Assembly: GCA_038257035.1 (NCBI GenBank)
Contig: JBBSJT010000055.1
Location: 1-14,995 of the forward strand
Direction: 5' to 3'
Length of the DNA: 14,995 nucleotides
Source of the DNA: Chlamydiia bacterium
Lineage (GTDB): Bacteria > Chlamydiota > Chlamydiia > Chlamydiales > Parachlamydiaceae
Part shown: positions 1 to 8,013 of the stretch, one piece after another
Position numbering within the stretch: the first letter of the stretch is position 1
How the letters are laid out: every line of letters begins with the position of its first letter
The notes under the pieces: generated by a model
Databases searched by the model: none
Seen by the model: the letters and a program-made list of their open reading frames with translations, nothing else
What the model was told of the DNA's origin: nothing
Program-made: the position numbers and the translations under genes

Positions 1-756
1 ATACCCAACAATCACACCCTTATAACTATCCGGAATTGTAGTTGTTAAAATAAGTTTTGCCTTTGGAGCATAATGACGATAGAGTTGTCCAGGACATAGA
101 GGGGTTACATTATTTTTAGGCAGAATAATTTCAGCCTTGATTCCGATGACTTTGAAAATATCTTCCTGACTTAAAGCTCCTTGTCGAATGATTTTAATAG
201 GATTGTTAGGATCGTTTGGATCTTGATAAAGAATGGTTGATTCCAATCCGTTAATACATTGTCCGCCATCTAAAACAGGAAAATCGATTCCAAAATCTGT
301 TTCTACATGTTGTCGATTGGTGGCCGATGGTCTTCCTGAAATATTGGCAGAGGGCATGACAAGAGGGCCTGTAAGCTTTAGAAGCTCTATTGCCAATGGA
401 TGATTTGGAATTCTGAAGGCAGCAGTTGTTAAATTGGCCCTTGCTTTGGATGGGACTTTATTTTCAATGATGGGTAAAACTAAAGTTAAAGGGCCTGGCC
501 AAAACGCATCTGCTAATTTGAAAAAATTTGCGTCCGGGTTTAGTAGATAGGGTAATATTTCATTTTTATCGGCAACATGGATGATCAACGGGTTATTTGC
601 AGGGCGGCCTTTTAATGCAAAAATTTTTTCAATTCCTGCAGGTTTAAAAAGGGAGGCTGCCAATCCATAGACCGTTTCCGTCGGAACAGCAACGACTTCT
701 GATCGATTAATTAACTCTAATGCTTGTAAAAGGGTTATATCCACTTTCTTCTCCAT
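1..756 (-). CDS. sua5: L-threonylcarbamoyladenylate synthase (Sua5/TsaC/YrdC family, with C-terminal SUA5 domain); 3' end runs off the window
   Basis: Not in the ORF track because it is truncated. Manual translation from ATG at 756 (or GTG at 744, preceded by GGAG) gives MEKKVDITLLQALELINRSEVVAVPTETVYGLAA...KGRPANNPLIIHV...FWPGPLTLVL...PSANISGRPSAT...PGQLYRHYAP, all hallmark Sua5 motifs. The frame is open to position 1. Confidence 0.93.
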   Translation of the reverse strand, partial: MEKKVDITLLQALELINRSEVVAVPTETVYGLAASLFKPAGIEKIFALKGRPANNPLIIHVADKNEILPYLLNPDANFFKLADAFWPGPLTLVLPIIENKVPSKARANLTTAAFRIPNHPLAIELLKLTGPLVMPSANISGRPSATNRQHVETDFGIDFPVLDGGQCINGLESTILYQDPNDPNNPIKIIRQGALSQEDIFKVIGIKAEIILPKNNVTPLCPGQLYRHYAPKAKLILTTTIPDSYKGVIVGY

Positions 757-890
757 TCTGAATATTCTGATCAAGTCACACTCGATCATACCAATAATGT
801 CTAAATTTTTTATTTTTACGTAGCACTAATATATACTTGTTCTACTTCAAAATGAAGAAATTTAGGCCCCTACATTTTATAACATTTGAA

Positions 891-1019
891 TTTTTTACAG
901 GATATGCACGATCGCTTCGCGGCATGATAAGCAGGATAATATCAACCTCCTGCTTTACCGGGGGTTGAGATTATCCTGCTTATCGTGCCGCGTAGCGATC
1001 GTGCATATCCTGTAAAAAA
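891..1019. repeat. Long palindromic element: 60-bp inverted arms (4 mismatches) around a 9-nt loop, with arms built from ~9-bp units
   Basis: 891-950 TTTTTTACAGGATATGCACGATCGCTTCGCGGCATGATAAGCAGGATAATATCAACCTCC pairs with 960-1019. Units: ACAGGATAT / GCACGAT / GCATGATAA / GCAGGATAA. Confidence 0.95.
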
Positions 1020-1085
1020 AATTATTGATGTAATTCTAGTTAGATCGGCATAGTTTTTTTATTTATCTGTATTCCAGTAGTTCGA

Positions 1086-2303
1086 TTATTTAAGCTGTTG
1101 GATGCTGGTTTTTAGGGCTTGAATAAAGAAATCAATTTCATCTTTGCTGTTATAAAGGGCAAATGAGGCTCTTGCAGTGGAGGTAATTCCAAAATGGCGC
1201 ATGACAGGTTGTGTGCAAAGATGACCTGAGCGAATGGCAATGCCTTGTAGATCGAGCAATGTGGCAATGTCAAGTGAATGGATGCCATCGGCTACAAAAG
1301 TTAAAATAGCGCCCTTATTAGCTGCCTGTCCAAGAATTTGAACTTCAGAAATTTCTTCCATTCGAGATGTTGCGTGCACTAAAAGATCATGCTCATGGGC
1401 ATAAATTGCTTCAATTCCAATATTGTTAATATAATCAATTGCAGCGTTCAAGCCCATAACTTCGGCAATAAGCGGGGTTCCTGCCTCAAATTTTAAAGGC
1501 AAAGTATTGTACGTGGTTTTTTCAAATGTAACTTTCTCAATCATGTCTCCGCCACCCTGATAAGGTGGCATTGCATTTAGTAGTTCTTCTTTACCATATA
1601 AAATACCGATGCCTGTCGGGCCATAGAGCTTGTGCCCTGAAAAAACAAAAAAATCGGCATCCAAATCTTGCACATCAATTTTCATGTGAGGTGCGCTTTG
1701 TGCGCCATCCACAAGAAACTTAGCACCCATTTGATGCGCCATTTGAATCATTTCTTTGATTGGATTAACTGTACCCAATGCATTGGAAACGTGAGTTATG
1801 GCAACAAGTTTTGTTTTAGCATTTAAAAGTAGGGCGTAATTCTCTAAATTAATTTCACCCAAATCATTCATAGGGATGACTTTAAGAACAGCACCGCGAT
1901 CCTCACAGAGCATTTGCCAAGGCACGATATTTGAATGATGTTCCATTTCTGAAATAAGGATTTCATCGCCTTTATTTATAAAAGCTTTTCCAAATGAATA
2001 GGCCACCATATTGATCGATTCTGTCGTTCCACGAGTAAATATGATCTCTTCATTTTTTTTTGCATTCAAAAACTTGGCAACTTTTGCACGTGTCTCTTCA
2101 TACTTATGCGTTGCAAAACTAGATAGCTCATAAATGGCTCTATGAACAGTTCCATAATGGTTTTGATAAAAATCTGTGATTGCATCGATCACACAATTTG
2201 GTTTTTGTGCAGTTGCTGCTGAATCCAAATAGACAAGAGGCTTTCCATGCATTTTTGTTTTCAATAAAGGAAAGTCTTCTCGCAATTTTGAAAAATCAAC
2301 CAT
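1086..2303 (-). CDS. sufS: Cysteine desulfurase, SufS (group II) family
   Basis: N-terminal motif YLDSAATAQKP, PLP-lysine motif SGHKLYGPTGIG, catalytic Cys motif RSGHLCTQP. Last gene of the suf cluster; overlaps the end of sufD. Confidence 0.96.
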   Translation of the reverse strand: MVDFSKLREDFPLLKTKMHGKPLVYLDSAATAQKPNCVIDAITDFYQNHYGTVHRAIYELSSFATHKYEETRAKVAKFLNAKKNEEIIFTRGTTESINMVAYSFGKAFINKGDEILISEMEHHSNIVPWQMLCEDRGAVLKVIPMNDLGEINLENYALLLNAKTKLVAITHVSNALGTVNPIKEMIQMAHQMGAKFLVDGAQSAPHMKIDVQDLDADFFVFSGHKLYGPTGIGILYGKEELLNAMPPYQGGGDMIEKVTFEKTTYNTLPLKFEAGTPLIAEVMGLNAAIDYINNIGIEAIYAHEHDLLVHATSRMEEISEVQILGQAANKGAILTFVADGIHSLDIATLLDLQGIAIRSGHLCTQPVMRHFGITSTARASFALYNSKDEIDFFIQALKTSIQQLK

Positions 2304-3624
2304 TTTTTATTTCTTTTCCAAACGTTTTAGCTTGTTCAATAATCATTGTTTTTAGAGATTCAATTGTAATCAAATCGATGACCTCTTTGCAGAAACCAAA
2401 AAGCAATAAATTTTTAGATTCAAATTCAGAAATTCCACGAGATCTTAAACAAAAAAGCTGTTCCTGATCAAGTTGTCCGAATGTCGCACCATGCGATGCT
2501 TTTACATCGTCTGCAAAAATTTCCAAATTTGGTTTACTAAAAGCCATTGTGTGATCGCTGAGAAGTAAATTTGCATTGAGTTGAAAAGCATCTGTTTTTT
2601 GAGCAGCTTGTTTTACTAATATTTTACCCTCAAAGCTTGATTTTGAAAAATCGTCTAAGGCACCTTTAAACAGTTGTCTTGAGCGACAATTAGGAGCTTG
2701 ATGATCAATGAGGACATGATAATGCTGCTCATTATTATCTTTTAACATCCAAAGATTGTTTAAAGCACATTCTGAATTTTCACCAATCAATGTCATTTTA
2801 TAATCGCGTCGAATGGCAGAAGATCCGTTTGAAAAAGAAATGCTTTCAAAAGTGCTGTTTTTCTTTAAAATCGCACGAGTTGCTTCAAAATGGTAAAAAT
2901 CGTCTGATTTTTTACTGATCATACAATTGAGGCGTACATGGGAGTCTTCTTCGATGGCAAAATCAGAAACATGATTAACAAAATGATCACCAATCGATAA
3001 AAATTCTTGGGTTAAAACGCATTCAACAGATGAGTGTGCTCCCACAAAGACTTGAAGACGAGGATTTAAAATCATTGATTCATTTGGGGAATCGATTAAA
3101 TGAAGAATTTGTATTGGTTTTTCCAAAACAGTTTTAGGCGGCAAATAAATAAAGATCCCTTCATTTTGCAGTGCGGCGTTTAAGGCTGCAAAAGGATCCG
3201 ATTCATTTTTTAAAGTCTTTGCAAAATGATTTGTTAAAAATGAGCTATAGGTATGCATCGCCTCATTTAAAGAAGAGATAACAACACGGGTTGAAACATT
3301 GGTAGTATTGGAAAATTCTTTTGAATAACGACCGTTGACTAATACAATAAAGGAGTTTTGGCATTCAGGTAATACAAATTTTAAAACCGTTTCAACGCTT
3401 ATTTTTGGCTCATAAGAGGAAGATTGATACTGTTTTTCAAAGAATTTTCGCAAAGGAACGTAGCGGAAAGCTTCCTGTTTTTTTGTCGGCAGTCCTAAAG
3501 CTTTAAATTGATCAAATGCTTGAACTTTAATTTTTTGAAGCATCCCTTTATCGCCTTTTTCAAGAAAAAGCTCATCCAACGTTCTTTGGAAATCTAAATT
3601 TTGCCCATTTAAAGTATTTGTCAT
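2296..3624 (-). CDS. sufD: Fe-S cluster assembly protein SufD
   Basis: Motifs LPTKKQEAFRY, FEGKILVKQAAQKTDAFQ, KPNLEIFADDVKASHGAT and CLRSRGI. Lies between sufC and sufS. Confidence 0.94.
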   Translation of the reverse strand: MTNTLNGQNLDFQRTLDELFLEKGDKGMLQKIKVQAFDQFKALGLPTKKQEAFRYVPLRKFFEKQYQSSSYEPKISVETVLKFVLPECQNSFIVLVNGRYSKEFSNTTNVSTRVVISSLNEAMHTYSSFLTNHFAKTLKNESDPFAALNAALQNEGIFIYLPPKTVLEKPIQILHLIDSPNESMILNPRLQVFVGAHSSVECVLTQEFLSIGDHFVNHVSDFAIEEDSHVRLNCMISKKSDDFYHFEATRAILKKNSTFESISFSNGSSAIRRDYKMTLIGENSECALNNLWMLKDNNEQHYHVLIDHQAPNCRSRQLFKGALDDFSKSSFEGKILVKQAAQKTDAFQLNANLLLSDHTMAFSKPNLEIFADDVKASHGATFGQLDQEQLFCLRSRGISEFESKNLLLFGFCKEVIDLITIESLKTMIIEQAKTFGKEIKNG

Positions 3625-4388
3625 TAAACAACTTCCTCAATTTCCGGTGACTTAACCAACCAATCATACCCTTTTTCTTCAAGCTGCAAAGCAAGATCAG
3701 CATTACCTGACAGTGTAATCACACCATCGAGCATTACATGGACGAATGCAGGTTTAATGTAGTCGAGCAATCTTTGATAATGCGTAATTAAGATCAGTCC
3801 CATTTCAGGATTCATGATTTGATTTACGCCCTTTGAAACTATTCTCATGGCATCAATATCAAGTCCTGAATCCGTTTCATCTAAAATTGCAAGAGTCGGA
3901 TTTAAAATAGCCATCTGTAAAATTTCATTGCGTTTTTTTTCTCCGCCTGAAAATCCTTCATTTAAATTTCTTTCCATGAATTCAGATTTTATTTCCATCA
4001 TTTTCATTTTGTCTTTAAGCAAAATTTCAAATTCTTCAACCGATAATTCAGGCTGAAGATTAGCTTTTGCTTTGGCATTATAGGAAAGACGCAAAAATTG
4101 AACATTGCTAACACCCGGAATTTCGATCGGATACTGAAAGCTCATAAAAAGACCAAGGTGAGCGCGCTCTTCCGGTTCAAGTTCCGTTAAATTTTGTCCT
4201 AAAAACCAAATTTCGCCTTGAGTGATCTCATAACTTGGATGACCTGCCAACACTTTTGCAAGAGTTGATTTACCGGCTCCGTTAGGCCCCATAATGGCGT
4301 GAACTTCACCTTTATTAACTTTTAGATCTAATCCTTTTAAGATTTCTTTGCCATCAATTGATACGTGCAAATCTTTAATTTCTAACAT
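3624..4388 (-). CDS. sufC: Fe-S cluster assembly ABC-type ATPase SufC
   Basis: Walker A GPNGAGKST, signature FSGGEKKRNE, Walker B LAILDETDSGLDID, and the ITHYQRLL H-loop. Confidence 0.97.
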   Translation of the reverse strand: MLEIKDLHVSIDGKEILKGLDLKVNKGEVHAIMGPNGAGKSTLAKVLAGHPSYEITQGEIWFLGQNLTELEPEERAHLGLFMSFQYPIEIPGVSNVQFLRLSYNAKAKANLQPELSVEEFEILLKDKMKMMEIKSEFMERNLNEGFSGGEKKRNEILQMAILNPTLAILDETDSGLDIDAMRIVSKGVNQIMNPEMGLILITHYQRLLDYIKPAFVHVMLDGVITLSGNADLALQLEEKGYDWLVKSPEIEEVV

Positions 4389-4390
4389 CT

Positions 4391-5839
4391 TTATCCTACA
4401 GAGTTTTCTAACTTTATGCTTAATAATTTTTGGGCTTCCGCTGCAAATTCTAATGGCAGCTTATTCATAACTTCACGGCAAAACCCATTGACAACCATTC
4501 CAACTGCATCTTCTTTGGTAAAGCCCCTCGATTGAAAGTAAAAGAGGATTTCATCATTAATTTTTGAAGTGGAGGCTTCATGCTCAACCTGTGAGGTTGC
4601 ATTGGAAACTTCGATATATGGAAATGTGTTGGCAGAGCATTGATCTCCAACTAACATGGAATCGCATTGCGTATAGTTTCTTGCGCCGGAGGCTTTTTTT
4701 GCGACTTTAACAAGACCGCGGTAACTGTTATGGGATTGATCTGCCGAAATTCCTTTTGAGATAATTGTCGATTTGGTGTTTTTTCCAAGGTGGATCATTT
4801 TAGTTCCGGTATCAGCCTGCATTTTACCATTTGTTAAAGCAACGGAGTAAAACTCACCAACGGAGTTATCACCTTCAAGGATAACACTTGGGTATTTCCA
4901 GGTAATTGCGGCACCAACTTCAACTTGGCTCCATGAAATTTTAGAACCCTTGCCAGCAGCTCGTCCTCGTTTGGTTACAAAATTATAAATCCCACCAAGG
5001 CCGGTTTCAGGGTTTCCTGAGTACCAATTTTGTACCGTGGCATATTTAATTTGCGCGTTATCAAAGGCAACTAATTCTACAACCGCCGCATGAAGTTGAT
5101 TGTTGTCAAAGGCAGGTGCTGTACAGCCTTCTAGATAACTGACAAATGAATCTTCTTCTGCAATAATTAATGTGCGCTCAAATTGACCTGTTTCTTTGTC
5201 ATTAATTCGAAAATAAGTGGAAAGCTCCATGGGTGAAATTACCCCTTTTGGAACATAAACAAAAGATCCATCGGTAAATACGGCAGAATTTAGTGCGGAA
5301 AAGAAATTATCGCCGATAGGAACAACTGTTGCTAAATATTTTTTGATCAATTCAGGGTATTTTTTTATCGCTTCTGAAATGGAACAAAGAATAACGCCTG
5401 CATCGTCTAGTTTTTTCTTGAATGTTGTTCCGATCGAAACAGAATCAAAAACCATGTCAACAGCTACGTTGCTAAGGCGCATTTGTTCATCTAGTGGAAT
5501 TCCGAGTCTTTCAAAGGTCTTTAAAATTTCAGGGTCGACTTCATCTAGGCTATTAAGGGATGGTTTTTTCTTTGGCGCCGAGTAGTAGCAAATATCTTGA
5601 TAATCAATTTTTGGATAACTTGCATTTACCCAATCAGGCTCTTCCATCTCAAGCCATTTACGATAGGCTTTTAGACGAAATTCAAGCATGAACTCAGGCT
5701 CTTCTTTTTTTGCTGAAATTGCGCGTACAATATCTTCGTTCAAGCCTTTTGGAAGTTTGTCGGTTTCTACATCTGTTACAAATCCATATTTATAAGAGCT
5801 AAAGTTTGAATTTTCCGTCGTGCTTTCAGGTATTGACAT
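4391..5839 (-). CDS. sufB: Fe-S cluster assembly scaffold SufB
   Basis: Motifs [50 protein letters not shown] and EHEASTS. Confidence 0.97.
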   Translation of the reverse strand: MSIPESTTENSNFSSYKYGFVTDVETDKLPKGLNEDIVRAISAKKEEPEFMLEFRLKAYRKWLEMEEPDWVNASYPKIDYQDICYYSAPKKKPSLNSLDEVDPEILKTFERLGIPLDEQMRLSNVAVDMVFDSVSIGTTFKKKLDDAGVILCSISEAIKKYPELIKKYLATVVPIGDNFFSALNSAVFTDGSFVYVPKGVISPMELSTYFRINDKETGQFERTLIIAEEDSFVSYLEGCTAPAFDNNQLHAAVVELVAFDNAQIKYATVQNWYSGNPETGLGGIYNFVTKRGRAAGKGSKISWSQVEVGAAITWKYPSVILEGDNSVGEFYSVALTNGKMQADTGTKMIHLGKNTKSTIISKGISADQSHNSYRGLVKVAKKASGARNYTQCDSMLVGDQCSANTFPYIEVSNATSQVEHEASTSKINDEILFYFQSRGFTKEDAVGMVVNGFCREVMNKLPLEFAAEAQKLLSIKLENSVG

Positions 5840-6162
5840 TTGTTATTTTCTCCAAAAATAATGTGTATATCTTAAGCTCTTCTAATACCCTTAATAAATT
5901 AGACGAATCTCTTGAATGGTAAAAGTTATGAAAAGCTAAGAAATAATACTTTTGATTTTAACATAAAAAGGCGAATATTTAAAGCTAAAAATTAGGAAAA
6001 GAGGAAATTCCAACTGAAATGAATTCAAATAAATTATTTAATTTGTATCTAATCAAATTAATTTTATTATATAAATATTTTTTTTATCTTCAATTTCTTG
6101 CAGAAAAAATTAAAAAGATGGATGCTATCTATATAAGTACTTAAAAAGAGGAGAAAAGAAAC

Positions 6163-6714
6163 ATGAAGGTCACCGAACAAGCCAAGGCTAAAATGCTTCT
6201 TGCACAAGAACATTTAAAAAACGATCTTAAAGGAATTAGAACAGGTAGAGCAAATCCTGCGATGTTAGATAGTATCTTTGTAGATGTGTATGGACAGCAA
6301 ACACGTATTAAAGATATTGCTTCCGTTACAACTCCGGAACCCAGACTTTTACTAATAACACCTTTTGATAGACAAAATAATAGCGCAATTGGTAAAGCAA
6401 TTGAAAAAGCAAATTTGGGTTTCATGCCAATCGTTGATGCCAATTGCGTGCGCATTAAGATTTCACCGATGGATGATTCGATGAGAAAAGATATGATCAA
6501 GCTTGCTTACAAAAGATGTGAAGAGTCTAAGGTTAGCATCAGAAATGCAAGACGCGAATTTAATGATATAGCAAAAAAACAAAAAAATGCTGGTGATTTG
6601 ACAGAAGATGTTTTGAAAAAAATCGAAAAAGAGATACAAGAGATGACAGATAAGTTCTGTAAGGAATCTGACGAAATCACGGCGAAAAAGGAAAAGGAAA
6701 TTAGTACGATTTAG
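6163..6714 (+). CDS. frr: Ribosome recycling factor
   Basis: Motifs [22 protein letters not shown] and KVSIRNARR; 183 aa; purine-rich RBS GAGGAG upstream. Confidence 0.96.
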   Translation: MKVTEQAKAKMLLAQEHLKNDLKGIRTGRANPAMLDSIFVDVYGQQTRIKDIASVTTPEPRLLLITPFDRQNNSAIGKAIEKANLGFMPIVDANCVRIKISPMDDSMRKDMIKLAYKRCEESKVSIRNARREFNDIAKKQKNAGDLTEDVLKKIEKEIQEMTDKFCKESDEITAKKEKEISTI

Positions 6715-6732
6715 GCAAAAAAACTTTTTTTA

Positions 6733-6774
6733 GATATTTGCATTTTTTTTGTTGCAAAAAAAAATGCAAATATC
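6733..6774. other. AT-rich 18-bp inverted repeat between frr and the tRNA genes (possible hairpin), overlapping a candidate tRNA promoter
   Basis: GATATTTGCATTTTTTTT (6733-6750) pairs with AAAAAAAATGCAAATATC (6757-6774). TTGCAA (6752-6757) ... TAAGAT (6776-6781), with an 18-nt spacer, overlaps it. Confidence 0.6.
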
Positions 6775-6842
6775 ATAAGATAACACCTTCTTAAAGCAAA
6801 CGTAATGTTCACACATTAGTTAGCTAGTAAAATAAGAAAAAC

Positions 6843-6917
6843 GGCCCCATCGTCTAGCCTGGCCTAGGACACCGGATTTTCATTCCGATAACAGGGGTTC
6901 GAATCCCCTTGGGGTCA
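6843..6917 (+). tRNA. tRNA-Glu (anticodon TTC); CCA not encoded
   Basis: Acceptor stem GGCCCCA/TGGGGTC; anticodon arm CCGGA-TTTTCAT-TCCGA with TTC at 6879-6881; T arm AGGGG-TTCGAAT-CCCCT. Confidence 0.95.
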
Positions 6918-6923
6918 ACGTTT

Positions 6924-6996
6924 GAGACTTTAGCTCAGTCGGTAGAGCATCTCACTTTTAATGAGGGTGTCGATGGTTCGAGTCCATCAAGTCTCA
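6924..6996 (+). tRNA. tRNA-Lys (anticodon TTT); CCA not encoded
   Basis: Acceptor stem GAGACTT/AAGTCTC; D arm GCTC-AGTCGGTA-GAGC; anticodon arm TCTCA-CTTTTAA-TGAGG with TTT at 6957-6959; T arm GATGG-TTCGAGT-CCATC. Confidence 0.96.
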
Positions 6997-6999
6997 AAT

Positions 7000-7042
7000 A
7001 AGCATGAAATAAGAGTAAAATCTTATTTCATGCTTTTTTTTT
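7000..7042 (+). terminator. Rho-independent terminator of the tRNA pair
   Basis: Perfect 15-bp stem AAGCATGAAATAAGA / TCTTATTTCATGCTT, loop GTAAAA, running into a T-tract, directly after tRNA-Lys. Confidence 0.88.
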
Positions 7043-7083
7043 GCTCCCATCCAAAACGTTTTTTTATCACTATAACGCTATGA

Positions 7084-7349
7084 GGGATTTTTTTACCGCG
7101 AAGGACGCGAAGAGAGCGCGCTTAGCAGCGCGAATAAGAAGGGATTCGAAAAGTTATTAATGAAAACCATTTGTTTAAAATTGTTTTTGACAAAACAATT
7201 TTGTTAATCACCCTCTTTGCAAATTGCAAAGAGGGATAAAGATAAAATCTACAGATTTCCTTCCTCTTCGCGCTCTTAGCGCGCTTCTTCGCGTTTCTTC
7301 CCGCAGCGAAGCATGCGCTTCTTCGCGTTCTTCGCGGTAAAAAAATCCC
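7084..7349. repeat. 266-bp inverted-repeat element (MITE-like) with GC-rich arms of ~9-bp NNCGCGAAG units and two internal palindromes
   Basis: Left end GGGATTTTTTTACCGCGAAGGACGCGAAGA matches the reverse complement of the right end at 29 of 30 positions. Arms continue imperfectly to ~7142 and ~7259. The AT-rich core holds palindromes at 7177-7202 and 7211-7235. Confidence 0.9.
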
Positions 7350-7440
7350 CAGAAGAGGTATAACGTGGTAAAAAACGATAGTAAAAGGTCTACATTTATT
7401 TTTTTAATTTTTATAGTGTGGATAAATTATACAAACACTC

Positions 7441-8013
7441 GTGGAAAATTATTTTATGCCTTTACCTCCTAAAAATAATTCTGAAGAAAACATTCCTGAA
7501 AGACCTTTGGAGTGCGGTGATTGCAAAAAGCCAATTGCCGTCCGTTATACTGAAATTGTAAATGGTACTTACACCCATACAAGTATGTGCAAAGATTGCC
7601 CCGAACTGCAAAGACGCTTGCACGGGTTAAGTTTTGTTGAGCAAACGGCAGGATCCCATCCGACTAAAACCGGCGTTGCTTGCGGAAACTGTGGCACAAC
7701 ACTTCAAGCATTACGTGTAGGAGCTCTTTTAGGGTGCAGTAATTGTTATGAGATTTTTAAAGACATTATTATTTTAGAACTTTTAAACCTTGGAAAAATT
7801 TCTGCGCGTGCGGCAAATGCAAAAAGAAATACCCCTATACATATCGGCAGAATTCCGGGGGAATCTCTTAAATTCAATCCTTCTGCTCAACTCATTGCCT
7901 TAAATGAGGCTTTAACTGAAACGTTAATGCAAGAAGATTATGAGCAAGCAGCCATTCTTAGAGATCAAATTAAAGCGCTGACTGATAATTCAGGAGAACC
8001 GGATGAAAAATAG
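7441..8013 (+). CDS. mcsA: McsA-family protein (protein-arginine kinase activator; CXXC motifs plus C-terminal UVR domain); start could be ATG at 7456
   Basis: Four CXXC motifs (CGDC, CKDC, CGNC, and CSNC within LGCSNCY), the HIGRIP motif, and UVR motif EDYEQAAILRDQIK. Overlaps the start of mcsB. Confidence 0.9.
   Translation: MENYFMPLPPKNNSEENIPERPLECGDCKKPIAVRYTEIVNGTYTHTSMCKDCPELQRRLHGLSFVEQTAGSHPTKTGVACGNCGTTLQALRVGALLGCSNCYEIFKDIIILELLNLGKISARAANAKRNTPIHIGRIPGESLKFNPSAQLIALNEALTETLMQEDYEQAAILRDQIKALTDNSGEPDEK

Noticed and set aside
891..1019. Intrinsic terminator for the suf operon
   Set aside because: The stem is far longer than typical and is followed by A-runs, not U-runs, on both strands.
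2180..5585. Short ORFs 2180-2467, 3847-4056, 4465-4650 and 5343-5585
   Set aside because: They are antisense or alternate-frame shadows of well-supported suf genes and have no recognisable motifs.
1..6996. Functional tRNA-modification cluster (Sua5 t6A, SufS sulfur supply, tRNA-Glu/Lys)
   Set aside because: The link is attractive, but adjacency alone is not evidence. The genes are in separate, divergent units, and no thiolase such as mnmA is present.
6843..7349. Prophage or integrative element at the tRNA genes
   Set aside because: There is no integrase and no duplicated tRNA 3' end in the window, and core genes resume at mcsA.
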